From Piromyces finnis finn (Eukaryota > Fungi > Neocallimastigomycota): DNA of 64,000 bases. This document shows, in pieces, positions 35,805-51,846 of this stretch. Under the pieces are notes generated by a model. That model made no database searches, was not told where the DNA came from, and saw nothing but the letters and a program-made list of their open reading frames with translations. The position numbers and the translations under genes were made by a program. Numbering within the stretch: the first letter of the stretch is position 1; the number at the start of each line of letters is the position of its first letter. The stretch is from contig MCFH01000033.1 in assembly GCA_002104945.1 (NCBI GenBank), positions 496,001-560,000 on the forward strand, written 5' to 3'.

Positions 35805-37885
35805 TGTATACTTTTTTTTTCTCTCTATAAAAATAAATGCATCTATCATTTTTATTGTAATATATATTTTTTCATAAACAATATTTATATATTTTGGTGA
35901 AAAATAAATTAGTTTAAATATAATATAAACGTAACAATGAAATTACAATAAAGCACCATAAAAAAATATATATATTAATTTATAATATTTATTAAAAATT
36001 CTATTCTAATATAATAAAATAACATAAATAATTATATATATTTCTAAAATTAAATATTTTGCTCGGTGAATAGAAGATTTAATTTTTTTTTTTAAAATTC
36101 TAAATTAATAATTCTATATATCAATAATAATTGTCATATAAATACAAAAACTATTTTAGTATCAGCATTGTAAAAATCGTATTTATAGTTGAAAGAGTAA
36201 CATTATTTTAAAGTTTTTTTTTTTTTGTTGTCATTTTTTTTCGACAAACTTAAAAAATTCTAAAAAATATATATTATTATGAAGGTGTTGCTGTAATTTT
36301 ACTTTTTTTAGATATATTAAAAGTTAATCGGTATAGAATCAATATGACAGAATAATATGTAAATCATTTTTCTCTTTTTCATGTTTTTTTTATTTAAATT
36401 ATTTATATTTCCACTTTTAAATTATTTATAAAAATTATCATTTATTATATCGTAAACCTTTTTTTTTTCTTTTAATTATATTCCCTTCTTTTATATAATA
36501 AGGATTTTTGCTTTTTAGCATAAATGTTATTTATGCTTTTTTTTTAAAAAAAAACTCCAATCGTTTTTCCCTCTTTATTTTTTTTTTTTTAATTAACCTA
36601 GTCTAGCAGCCATAGCTTCGTAATATATTGTGGAATGAATAAAAAATCAATCCACTACATAAAAAATGGTATAAATTATATTAAAATATATTGGAATAAT
36701 ATATTTTAATATATTTTATAATTTTAACATACAACTTTAATAATCTTAAATTTTAATTAATTTCATTAAAATAGATAAATTAATTAAAATTGATAAATTA
36801 ATTTAGCTACATATATTACTATATATTGTAATATATGTCATAAAAATTGAAGTGAAGAGAATGCTACACTTTTTCATTTTAATTTTTTATAAAATATATT
36901 AAATAATATATTTTTTATAAATAAAGCAATATATTATATTATAATATCTTACTTCATTACTCATTCAATAAATCTATATAGAATAATGGAATAATACATA
37001 CAAAAAAACTTTATTATTAAAAATAAATATATAAATAAATATAAAATAAATAAACTAATATAAAATAAATAAATAAATATATAAATGAATTAATTCTGTT
37101 AAATTTGGTAGCAATAAAATTTCTTTTTTCTATAGACTAAATTAATTTTTTTATGTCTACAAAAATATAAATCTTTACAACATAAATAAATTTTTTTATT
37201 ACCTTTTAAAACCTTATACTTTATTTGTATTATTCTTTTTCTTCTTTTCTTTTAATTTTATTCCCTATTTTTCTATTTTATTTTTAGAACACACACCATA
37301 AACATATAAAAAAGAAACTTTCGATAATAATAATATATAATTAATTACTGAGCCATTCTATCATTTAAAGGAAAAAAGGATAAAAAGAATTTGAAAAAGA
37401 AAAGTTTTTATTTCTTTTCTTTTTTTAAATTTAGCTTTATTTCAAATTAAAATTCATAATAATGACTATCAATAATTCTATAACTTTTATAAATATTTGT
37501 GAAACATTTATAATTAAAACTGTAATCCATAGAATAAATTATAATAATTATAATAATAATAGCTAATAACAATAACAATAATAGTAGAGAATAATAAATA
37601 TTATAAAGAATATTAATAAATATTAATACTGTTAGTTTCAAAAGACAATAAAAATACTCTTTTAAAACTTTATTTTTTTTCCACTATTTATCTAAATAAT
37701 TTAAATATAAGGAAGTTTTTTATAACTCATAAACATTATAAATTATCCTTTATTGTCGATTATATCGGTATTTAAAGGGAAAAAATAAAGTTTCAATAAT
37801 AATTGTATTTAATGCCTTATTGAAAAATAAAGAAAATTAAATATAAATCTTTTAAACTTTTGTTAATAAACTAAATTAAAAGAAC

Positions 37886-41055
<3,170 letters not shown>

Positions 41056-41931
41056 ATGAAAAACTAATGTATAACAACAATAATTTATTTGTTATATATT
41101 TATTAAACTTATAAATATTTATTTATTTCAATAATATATATAATTATCGTTATTATTGATATTTAACATTTTTTTTCCATATTTATATATATATCTTTCT
41201 AAGAGATATATTAGACCAACACTTTATTTATTTGTTATATAATATATTTCTAATAATAATTATATCGTTTTTTATTTTATTTTATATATAGTCAATTAAT
41301 ATTATTATTATTTTTTTTTTAATTATTAAGAATAATAAAAAAAATCTAGATGTAAATAACATAATTTTTAATAATTTCTTAGTTACTCTTTTTCAGATTT
41401 TATTTCTTTTTTATTTATATCCAACTTAAAAATTTAAACATAATTTAGTATTGATCTTTAATATTTATATAAATGAATATGTTATTTATTTTTAATTGAA
41501 ATTAATTATTAATCATATTATATATAATGAAACAAACAATAATGATGTTAAATATTAAAAGTAAACAAAAACAACAAAACAAAAAGCAAATATGAAAATA
41601 AGTTGTATTATTTTATTTTATTGCTATTATTTAAATTTATATTTAAAGTGAATTTTTTTTTTTTTCTAATATATATATTTTTATATTTTATTCCATAATA
41701 TTAAAGTTCAAAAAAAAAAAAAAAAAAAAAAAATTTACATTATAATTAATAAAACAAAAAATATTTTTATTATTATTTTTTTTTTCCAATTTCTTTTTTG
41801 TAAATATTAAATGGAAGAATTATTTTGAAATCAAAGTTAATTTAATTATATACAATATATAATATATATTTGTTTATGATATTTAGTGTTAAGCATTATA
41901 CATAAAAGAAACTGTAATTTATTATATTTGG

Positions 41932-41966
<35 letters not shown>

Positions 41967-42097
41967 AAAAGTCATTGTAAATATACTTTTTTATAAAATA
42001 AATTTATTAGATTTCATTTGATTTTAATTTATTACATTTACAATTCATTCTTTTCTTTTCCTTTTCTTTTTTTAAAGCTAATTTTATTTAATTCAAA

Positions 42098-42595
42098 ATG
42101 AAAGCAGCATTAAGTACAATTGAAAAAAATAAGAAAATAAACAAAATATTTAAAATTGAACCAGCACCCCAATATATTAAAGACATTATAATAAATCGTC
42201 ATTTAAAATATTTAAAAAGTCATCCAAAGAGAAAAAGAAAATTGGAAGCTAAAGTTAAAATCATAATGTATAATAAGCAAATAGCAAAACAAGAAGAAGA
42301 GATGAGATTAAAAAAATACATGAATATTGATATACCAGACGAAATTGACCCAGATATTAACAATGATGAAATATATTCTAAACAAGTTAAACAACTAGAA
42401 AGTTTAAATACTGAAGAAAACACTCTTCAACACTCTTTAACCATTAATAAGGATAAAATAGAAGAATTAGTCAAAACTATTGAGGATAATCAAAATAAGG
42501 AAATAGAATATAATAAAAAGCAACAGGAAATTTTTCAGAAAATAGAAGAATTAAAAGCACGGAAAAGAAAGATGTTCGAAATGATGAAAAAATAA
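42098..42595 (+). CDS. hypothetical 165-aa basic/coiled-coil protein
   Basis: Intact single-exon ORF, more coding-like in composition than its flanks, with an NLS-like PKRKRK and a heptad-rich C-terminus. No family recognised. Confidence 0.55.
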   Translation: MKAALSTIEKNKKINKIFKIEPAPQYIKDIIINRHLKYLKSHPKRKRKLEAKVKIIMYNKQIAKQEEEMRLKKYMNIDIPDEIDPDINNDEIYSKQVKQLESLNTEENTLQHSLTINKDKIEELVKTIEDNQNKEIEYNKKQQEIFQKIEELKARKRKMFEMMKK

Positions 42596-43394
42596 AAATA
42601 GAATCTGATAATCATTTATAGAAGTGTGAAAATAATGCTAAAACGAAATCAATTCATTATAATATAACAAAGAAAGATAAAAAATTCAGCTTAATAGAAA
42701 AATTGATGTAAATTTTAAAAAATTATGAAATATGTTATATATATTAATATGTTATTAGTTTCAAAATTATAAATATATTATACCGTTATCAAGTTTATTC
42801 TTTTTAAAAATATATATAAAGATTATAAATAAAAGATACCATATAAACTAATAATCTAATATTTATTTGTATTATACTTAGCTTAAATTTGTATTTTATT
42901 ATTATTTAAATTAATAATATGATTTATTTAAAATTAAAAAAAAAAAAAAAAAAAAAAAAACAATTATCTATATGTAATATGTAATAATTTAAATTCAGTT
43001 TTTTTTATTTCTATTTGAAATGAAAATAGTTATATATAATATTTTTATTAAATTTCTTTTAAGCTGTTAGATATATAAATATCACAATAATAATATGGTA
43101 TAAACTATAAGTTCTGTGTTAAAATTTATTTAAATAAAAATAATAATCCTTTTTTTTTTTTTTTTTTTTACTTTTTTATTTATTATTTTTACTTTTAATT
43201 TAATAAACAGTTCTGCGTTTATATTGATATGTATCTAGTTATTATTATTGACTAAATATATATCAATTAACAAGAAAAAGGGCTAAAAAAAAAAAAGAAA
43301 TATAAATTTAAAGTTTTTATTATATGAAAGTTATTAAAATTGTTATGCTATAATAAAATAAATATTTTTATTCATTTCTAATACTTGTTTAAGC

Positions 43395-43429
<35 letters not shown>

Positions 43430-43473
43430 CTTTACTAAAATACATTTCACCTGTTGTTAGAATTATATAAACC

Positions 43474-43475
43474 AA

Positions 43476-43566
<91 letters not shown>
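43474..43566. repeat. (AAAT)n microsatellite
   Basis: Directly visible. Confidence 0.95.
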
Positions 43567-44407
43567 AAAAGTACAAAATTAAAAGGATATTAAAATTTTA
43601 TTAAAGTAAAAGGAATAAACGGAATATTAAGAAAACCAAGAAGACCATTAAAAATGGTTTATTTAATATACAAATGATTAATTGAATGATTATTTGGATA
43701 TATACGGTAAAGATTAAGAAAATGGAATTAATAAATTGAATGGAATTAATATCATATAATTCTTTTATATATATTTAAATCCAACAATAAGAAATGTTCT
43801 AGATAACTAGGTGGTAATTCTTTTGAAATTTATTTATTATAGCCTTTAATAAAAAATCATTTTCTATTTTTATTTTATAATTTAAAGTGTCTAACTAAAA
43901 TTATACTATGAGTATTTTTTGGTTCTTATTGATAAAATCTTTTAATTCATTTATTAATTATTGCTTTATTGCTTTATATAGTAAATGAATTCTGTTATAT
44001 TTTTTAAACCTTTGTCCTCTAAAAATTGTATCCAATCAATCCTTCATTTAAAATAAGCAATTGTGATGCTTATTAATTTACCGAAATTTTATTTATTTAT
44101 TATTAATTATTTTTTTTTTTTAAAAAATTTATATTAATATTAATATAATTAAAATTGAAATTTCAAGTTCTTTTTGAAAAATTAAGATTTCAATATTTCA
44201 ATGTAAATTGTATTTCTTTTTATTTTTTCCATTTTTATTTATTTAAATTTATTGTTAATAAAAATATAAGAGCAATCATTAAGATAATTTAAATATAAAA
44301 AAAATAAAAGATTGAAATATAATAATATTTTGTTCATATAGAGAATCAGGAAATCAAATTAGAAATTTAAATTTCAAGTTTTAATAATATATATCATGTT
44401 TTAAAAA

Positions 44408-46765
44408 ATGGAATTAGAAGGTATATATTTTTGTCTCATATTATTTCTTATAGAAAAATAACTAATATTTTTATTATTCATGTATTGTGTATATGTTATA
44501 TCAAAAAAAAAAAAAAAAAAAATTTATTGTAAAGCCTTTTTAAAAAATACAGATAAAAATTATAAAGAGAACAACTATTTTAAAAGAGAAAAAATCTTAA
44601 ATCAGAGTGTCAAAGTTAATGATGATATTAATAAACAAAAAGAACGTAAGACGGGTTCACTTATAAATTTAATGGATAATTATGATCATGACAAAGTTAA
44701 TGATGATGATGATGATTTTTTAATGAGTATAGAAGATTTTTTTAAGGAGCAATTAAAATCATCTTATAAAAATAAACCTTTGGCCAATTCAATAGAATCA
44801 AAGGAAACATCTAGTAATAGCAATAAAGGTAGTTATATTATAATTAATGTTAATATTCAATTTTTTATTTTTTTTTATTTAATATTTAATCTTTTAAAAA
44901 GGTATAAATTAATTATAGAAATATTAAATTAATATAATTATTTTTATTTTTAAATAATTATAATTATAATTTATAATTTAGTTATTTTAAAACCATTTTT
45001 TCCAAGAAAACAAGACACAAATATTTTAAATATTTTAACTCATAAGCAAAAAAATAATACAAATAATATAAATATACATGACAGCAATTCCATTATTAAA
45101 TATACAGAAACAGTAAATGAAAAAGTAAATAAAATTTCAGGAAAAAATAAAAGTAGCAATAAAGCTGAAAATGTAAATATAAAAAAGAAGAATTTTGACA
45201 TATTGAAAGATTTTAAAGGAGATAATAAATTAGATATAAGTAAGAATTTAATAGTTACTAAAATACCATCATCACCAATTTTATTATCACCTAAAAATAA
45301 AAAAGATAATTTTGTAATAAGTTTAGATGATGATGAGAAAAACAAAGATAATAAAGTAACATCCAATTTTAGATTAGAAAAGTTTAAAAACAATACAAAA
45401 TCGAATATTCCAAAAAGCCCAATTCCTCTAAATCAAGAAAAGGAAAACTTGAAAAATTTATTTAAAGAAGAGAGTGATAAAGAAAATAATGATGATATAC
45501 TACTAATTCCCTTTAAAAAGAAAAAGAATGTTATATGTATTAGTGATGATGATGATGATGATGATGACAATAGTGAAGACAGTGAAAAATTAAATCATAG
45601 TACCAATAGAAAATATAGGAATAGAGTCATAAATTCAAATGAAGAAATTGAAGAAGATGATAGAGGTTCTGATAATGAATTATTTTCTAGTGAAGATGAT
45701 TATGATTTTGAAAAAGAATATGACTACGAGTCAATATCAAGTGATGATACATATCATCCAGATTCAGAAGGTTCATGTGAAGAATTATTTGAAGATGAAG
45801 GAATTGAAGAAAGCATCACTCATCAAGATGAAATAAAGAATGATATTTTTGAAATAAAACATCATCATCCATCTAATATTAATTCATCTTTAGAATCACA
45901 GAAACCAATTAATAATTATAATCTATATGCAAATAAAGAAAATATATCCACTTTACACTATTCATCGAACACCAAAACAACTCAAAAATCTAGTGATAAC
46001 ATTTTGAATTGGTTTTCATCAAAATCAAATTCAGTTTCTCATAATAAAAAAGATAATAATCCTATCCATTCATCTATTTCCCTTAATGAAGTAACTATCA
46101 ATATTAATAAATTTTCAAATAATACATCTATTAATTCTCCAAAATCAATAGTAAGTATAATGTATAACCAAGAAAAATATATATTTTATTTAAACTACTA
46201 TAGAAAAGTTAATTTAACACATAAATTTTATTTAATAACATTCTAGAACTCGATACCCCAAAATAAAAAAGATTTAACGAAAATATCTGATTTAAATACT
46301 TTTGATCCTTTTTCATTACCGAAACAATCATCAAATACTGGCCTTAATCCCGATTTTGAAGAATTCTTAAAAAGAAGAGGTCTTACTGAACGTTATTTTG
46401 GAAAAGAAAAAAGCTCTGTAAAAAGAAAAAGCAAATCATCGTTAAATACCAATAGATCTAGATTTTCATCTAATAGAAGCTCTACTATATCAAATACTAC
46501 AACATCAAAATATAATAAAAATTATAAAAATAATTTTTATAAACGTTCCTATTATGGTCGGCGTAAACTTGGTTCGAAAAAAACCGGTGTTATTAAGAAA
46601 ATGAGAACTAAATATCAAACTAACAATGACAAGACAACCACTAATTCTTCTAATAATTCATCAATGAAATATGAATTATATAATCATTATAATGATACCC
46701 CTGATTTTGGTGATTTTGCTAGAAGTGGAATGGGTTGGGAAGGTTTAGGCCATTCATATTTTTAA
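44408..46765 (+). CDS. hypothetical low-complexity protein (4 exons) with SIM-like motifs and a GMGWEGLG C-terminus
   Basis: ATGGAATTAGAAG|GT at 44408, then exons at ~44530-44828, ~45007-46153 and ~46249-46765, the last ending ...DFARSGMGWEGLGHSYF*. Exon joins were made by eye and no family was recognised. Confidence 0.6.
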
Positions 46766-48497
46766 GATTTTTCATTTAATTATCTTCTTTCACCATATAT
46801 TTTATACATTTTGAACTTTTTTTTATTGCTTTTTCTGTAAATTTTTAATATTTTATTGTAATGAGTTATTATTACAAAAAAGATTTATAGTTCAATAAAT
46901 CTTGAATATGCAAATTATAATTTTTATAAATGTTAAGAAAGGTTTAAAATAAAAAACAATGTATTATATCATATATTAATACATTAATAAATAAATTAAA
47001 ATTCCATTATATCAATATATTAATTATATATTACTATATTCTATAATATATGTAATATCAATAGAATTTAATTTCATCTCATCGAAAATTAAAAAATGGA
47101 AATCAATGCATAGTTGAATAAATTATTATTAAAATAAATGAATATAAATTAATAATACTAACTTTTGTATTATTATATAATAACCCTAAAATTTAATATA
47201 AATATTAAAAAAAGTAATTTAAACAAAATTAAATTTTAATTATTATAAAAATAAAAAAAATAACAAAAACAGTAAAAAAAAAAAATAAAAAAAAATTTTT
47301 TTTTAATCAAAAATAATGCCGAAAAAATTAAAATAATAATAATAATATAAATAGTAATAATAATAAAAAATAATAAAAAAGAACTTTTCTTTATAAAAGT
47401 TATTCATTTTAATATGTATAATTGAAATCCTAAAAATAAATATATATTTTATTAATATTGAAAATATTTTAACTGTTTTTATATATATCTTTAATAAATA
47501 ATATTTATTTGATATAATTTTTTATATGTTATAAAATCATAGAAATACAAAGAAAAAGAAAATCATTTTTATTAAAACCAATACAAAAAGAAAAATTTAC
47601 CATTAAATTGATATATATATATTGCTTAAAAAAATTATATATATATTGACTTTATAAACTTATATAGGAGATTCAAAACAATAATATCAAGAAATGTTTT
47701 CTAATTCCCATATACATATAAATAGATATTGAAAAAACTTCAAAATATAAAATTTAAAAGAAGATATTTCTTTAGTAAAAAAAATTCAAGTTTACTAAAT
47801 AAATTAAAGAAAAGAAAGAAAAAACAATACTATATTTTTATTTATATTATTATAATTCAATTAGTTATTATGAAATAGTGTCTTTTATTTTAATTTTAAT
47901 AAAAATAATTACTATTCAAGATTAACAATTTTGAGTTTCGAGTCATTTCAATTAAAGAATATTAACATAATTCAGAAATTTTCTAATTATACCTTTATTT
48001 TTCACAAAAAAAATAATAACGAAAAAGAAAAAAAAAAAAAGAAAAAAAAATATAGAAAGATAAACAGATGTTGAAATATATTATTAAATCAATACAAAGT
48101 TTAATTGATTTTTAATAGAAGCAAAAATTAATATATTCTTCAAAATAAACTTATTTTCTGTTCACTATTCTATAGTGATAATATTTTATTAGAATAGTAT
48201 TATTAAATTAATAAAAGATAAAATAAAATATTTTTTATAGTTTATCTTTTATATTAGTAATTTATTTTTATTTTTTTTTTATCTAATTTAATATAATATA
48301 TATTTATTTTTTATAGAAATAAATATTATATACCATACAATATAAAAGATAAATTAATTCATTTTTATTAATGATAATCAATATTTAAATAACCTCACTT
48401 CTTTTCCAGGAAATAAAAAATTTTGATATTGGGATTAAAATAAAAAAAAAAAGTATAAACAAAATTTATATCAAATAATATATAACATTTATATATA

Positions 48498-48617
48498 ATG
48501 ATAAATGCCATTTTAGTTTTCATATCAATAATATTATCTATTATATTGGTAATACTATTATTATATATTAGACATTTAAAGAGAGATAATATAGGTAATA
48601 ATTGTAGAAATGAAATA

Positions 48618-48678
<61 letters not shown>

Positions 48679-50663
48679 TTAATTTATTTGAGAAGTAAAT
48701 ATTATCAAAAACTTAAAGTTTTTTTTTCTGATTTAGCTAATAATATCATTTTATTAATTTAAAATTTATTAGTAGATGATGAAAGAGAACCTTTAATAGA
48801 CAAATACAACAGTGTGTCAATAAGTGAAGACTTTTTTTCACGGATTGTTTCAAAAATCCCAAGAATCCAAAAAACAAGAGAAATAACAAATAATTTTAAT
48901 TCAGGTGAACAAATAGAAGATACCTTCTCAATTCTAAATAAAATTGATAAAGAAGAATTATTAATTGCCAATCAACTTAGTCAATATTGTCAATCTTTTA
49001 ATGAACAACGAAGAATAGATACAGGATTAAGTAATGGAAATATAAATAAAGCATCTATAAATCTATATACAGAACTGAATCGCCATGAACCAATTGATTT
49101 AGATCAAATTCAATCTAATATACTATCAAAAAGTTATAGTAAATCTGTTCCCAATAATAATACATTAGATATATTGAAATTTAAGCTCTATCATCAAGAA
49201 TTAGAAAAAAAGAAAAAAGATAAATCAGTATATATTAATTTATTAAATCAATATAATTCTACAACAGATAATGGTAATCTCGGTCAGTATATTGTTAGTG
49301 ATTCATCTAAATATGAAATTTTGTCAAATCCTTCTTATTCAGTTTCGATTGATGAAGAGAAAGATGAAAACCAAAATATTCATAATCAAGAAATATTAAA
49401 TGATAAAAGAGCACCTTCTTCATTAATGTACTCTAATAAACCTCCATTATATTTATCATCAATAAGGCATAACCCTAATAATAAAAATGAGTATAACAAT
49501 AATAATGAAATACATATTAATACAACATTAACAAAAGATAGTTCAATTATTAATAATTCAAATAAAATTAATAAAGAAAACTATAATACCCCTGTTAATG
49601 ATAGTAATAGCAACTATAATGATACTTATCATAACCATATAGTGGATAATGAAAGTTTAAAAAGTCCGATTTCAAATGATAATTATGAAATTACTTCTTT
49701 ATCTAGTCCATCTGGTATTCTATCATCTCCACAGGCAACAAAATTATTTAATGATATATCTTCATTAAGTATCATCATACCAAAAACTGTCGATGATAGT
49801 ATAATGTTTGATAATAACCAGGAACAAATATTAAATCAGAAGCATCAACATCAATTGTATCATAGTTTTGACCATTCTTTTGATTTAGATAATAAATCAC
49901 CTATAACACCTATTACTCCATTAAATCCTTTAACTGCACTTCCTCAATTCAATGAAGGTGATAATAACAATAGTAATGCTACTCAGCCAAATCAAAGTTT
50001 TATCGATCTATCTATTAATAATAATATATCTAATGTGATAGAGGAAACAGAAATGTATGAAAATGATGATTATAGTATCAATTATAATCACAACCATAGT
50101 ATGATTAGTAATCGCAGAAGGTCAAGCGATTACTTTAATAAACGCCGATCAAAGAGTTTAAATACTTCTTCTTATATATCAAAAAATATTGTTCCATCAT
50201 CTTTATTCGCAAGCTCATTGCCACCTATTGATCGTCCAAAGCGTGTTCAGTCGCTTAAACGTAAACTTTCAGATGTATTAGAAAAAAAAACAATGGCAAA
50301 AGCTCAAGATTATATTGCTCTTTCTCAACGGTCATTTCCAGTTCGTGCAAATTTTGTTCCAGATGATAAATATGATGATGAAATTCAATTAAATATTGGG
50401 GATTTAGTTATCATAAAAGATGTTTACCTTGATTCATGGGCAAATGGTAGCTTTTTTTTTTTTTTTTTTTTTGTATTTTAAATTATATAAGAAAGATGTT
50501 TATCAGTATATTAAATTAATAATTATTTTAAATTTATAAATTTATAGGAATCAATATTATGACCAATTCATCAGGTGTTTTTCCATTATGCTATTTAAAT
50601 ACTGATGAACCACAAGCTAAAGCTAAAACAAAACGTTTTAACAAAATTGTAAATGACAATTAA
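48498..50663 (+). CDS. single-pass membrane protein with a C-terminal SH3 domain (3 exons)
   Basis: N-terminal hydrophobic helix AILVFISIILSIILVILLLYI followed by RHLKR. Exon 2 starts at 48776, in frame with ORF 48814. SH3: FPVRANFVPDDKYDDEIQLNIGDLVIIKDVYLDSWANG|INIMTNSSGVFPLCYL. Confidence 0.8.
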
Positions 50664-51473
50664 ATAGAATTAAGAAATGATGAAAAATATATACAATATA
50701 CGTATATAGGCACTAGTTTACTAGTTAATATAATAATATTTTTGACACAATAAACAAATTTATTCATAATAAACCAAGTTTTATATGTATTAATGTATAA
50801 AACAATTCAATATGAAAAAAAAAAAAAAAAAGTATATAAAACAAATAAAATAATTTTCAATCAAATTTTTAGCAATAATAAATAAATATAAAATTTTGAA
50901 TTATAAAAGAATTTAATTACATAATTAATTATTAACATTATTATTTTTAAAGAAATTAGAATATCAAAAAGAAATATAGTTTAGTGAGGAACAGATGTAT
51001 GAAGTAGTTTAATCATTTATAAATCAACTAATTATATAGATTATTGATTATTTAAATTTTTGGAATGATTTTTTCTTTATGTCTCATTTATATATATTTT
51101 GATGTGTATTATTAATTTTGAAAAGATTGTCTTTTAAATGGTTAATAATAATTAAATTAATTTACTAATAAAGTTAATTTTTTATATTTTTTCTTTTTCT
51201 TTTTTCTTTTTTTTTAACAAAAAATCATTTCAGCAGTACCAATAATAAAAACTTAAAAAAAAAAGTAAATAATAAAGACAATATATATATATATATATAT
51301 TTTTTTTTTTATGAATTTGTAAAAAAGTAATAAAATTTATTTATACAAGTTGATTTATAACTCATTAATAAATATAATACTATTTTTATATAATAATTTT
51401 AATTGAAAGTTAATACCTTACAATATTTTAAATGTTTTTAAATGAAAATTAATATAAGTTACATTTTAATTTA

Positions 51474-51654
51474 ATTGTGCTTTTAATGAAAAGTATAATG
51501 TATATTAGAAATTACATAAATAATTATATAGTAGAAATTTTACTAAAAATTACTTATTAATATTGTGCTTTTAATGAAAAAAATATTGTATATTAGAAAT
51601 TATATAAATAATTATATAGTAGAAATTTTACTAAAATTTACTTATTAATATTGT
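51474..51654. repeat. ~88-bp tandem duplication upstream of the UBX gene
   Basis: ATTGTGCTTTTAATGAAAA...TATATAGTAGAAATTTTACTAAAA occurs at 51474 and 51562. Confidence 0.9.
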
Positions 51655-51718
51655 ATAAATTTATATAGTAGAAAGCAAAGAACCAAATTAAAAAAAAAAA
51701 AAAATAAATAAACAACAC

Positions 51719-51754
<36 letters not shown>

Positions 51755-51846
51755 CAAAAAAAAAAAAAAATAAAAATAAAGAAACAATATAAAAACCAAA
51801 ACAAGGACAATATATAATAAATATCTGTGATAAAAACAAAATATAA

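Noticed and set aside
36278-36625. Possible two-exon micro-ORF MAARL|ATPS* on the minus strand
   Set aside because: A 9-aa product with a weak donor (GTTAAT) is easily produced by chance.
43567-43830. Slightly GC-richer segment beside the (AAAT)n tract as a retroposon tail or body
   Set aside because: No TSD, no RT-like translation, and multiple stops.
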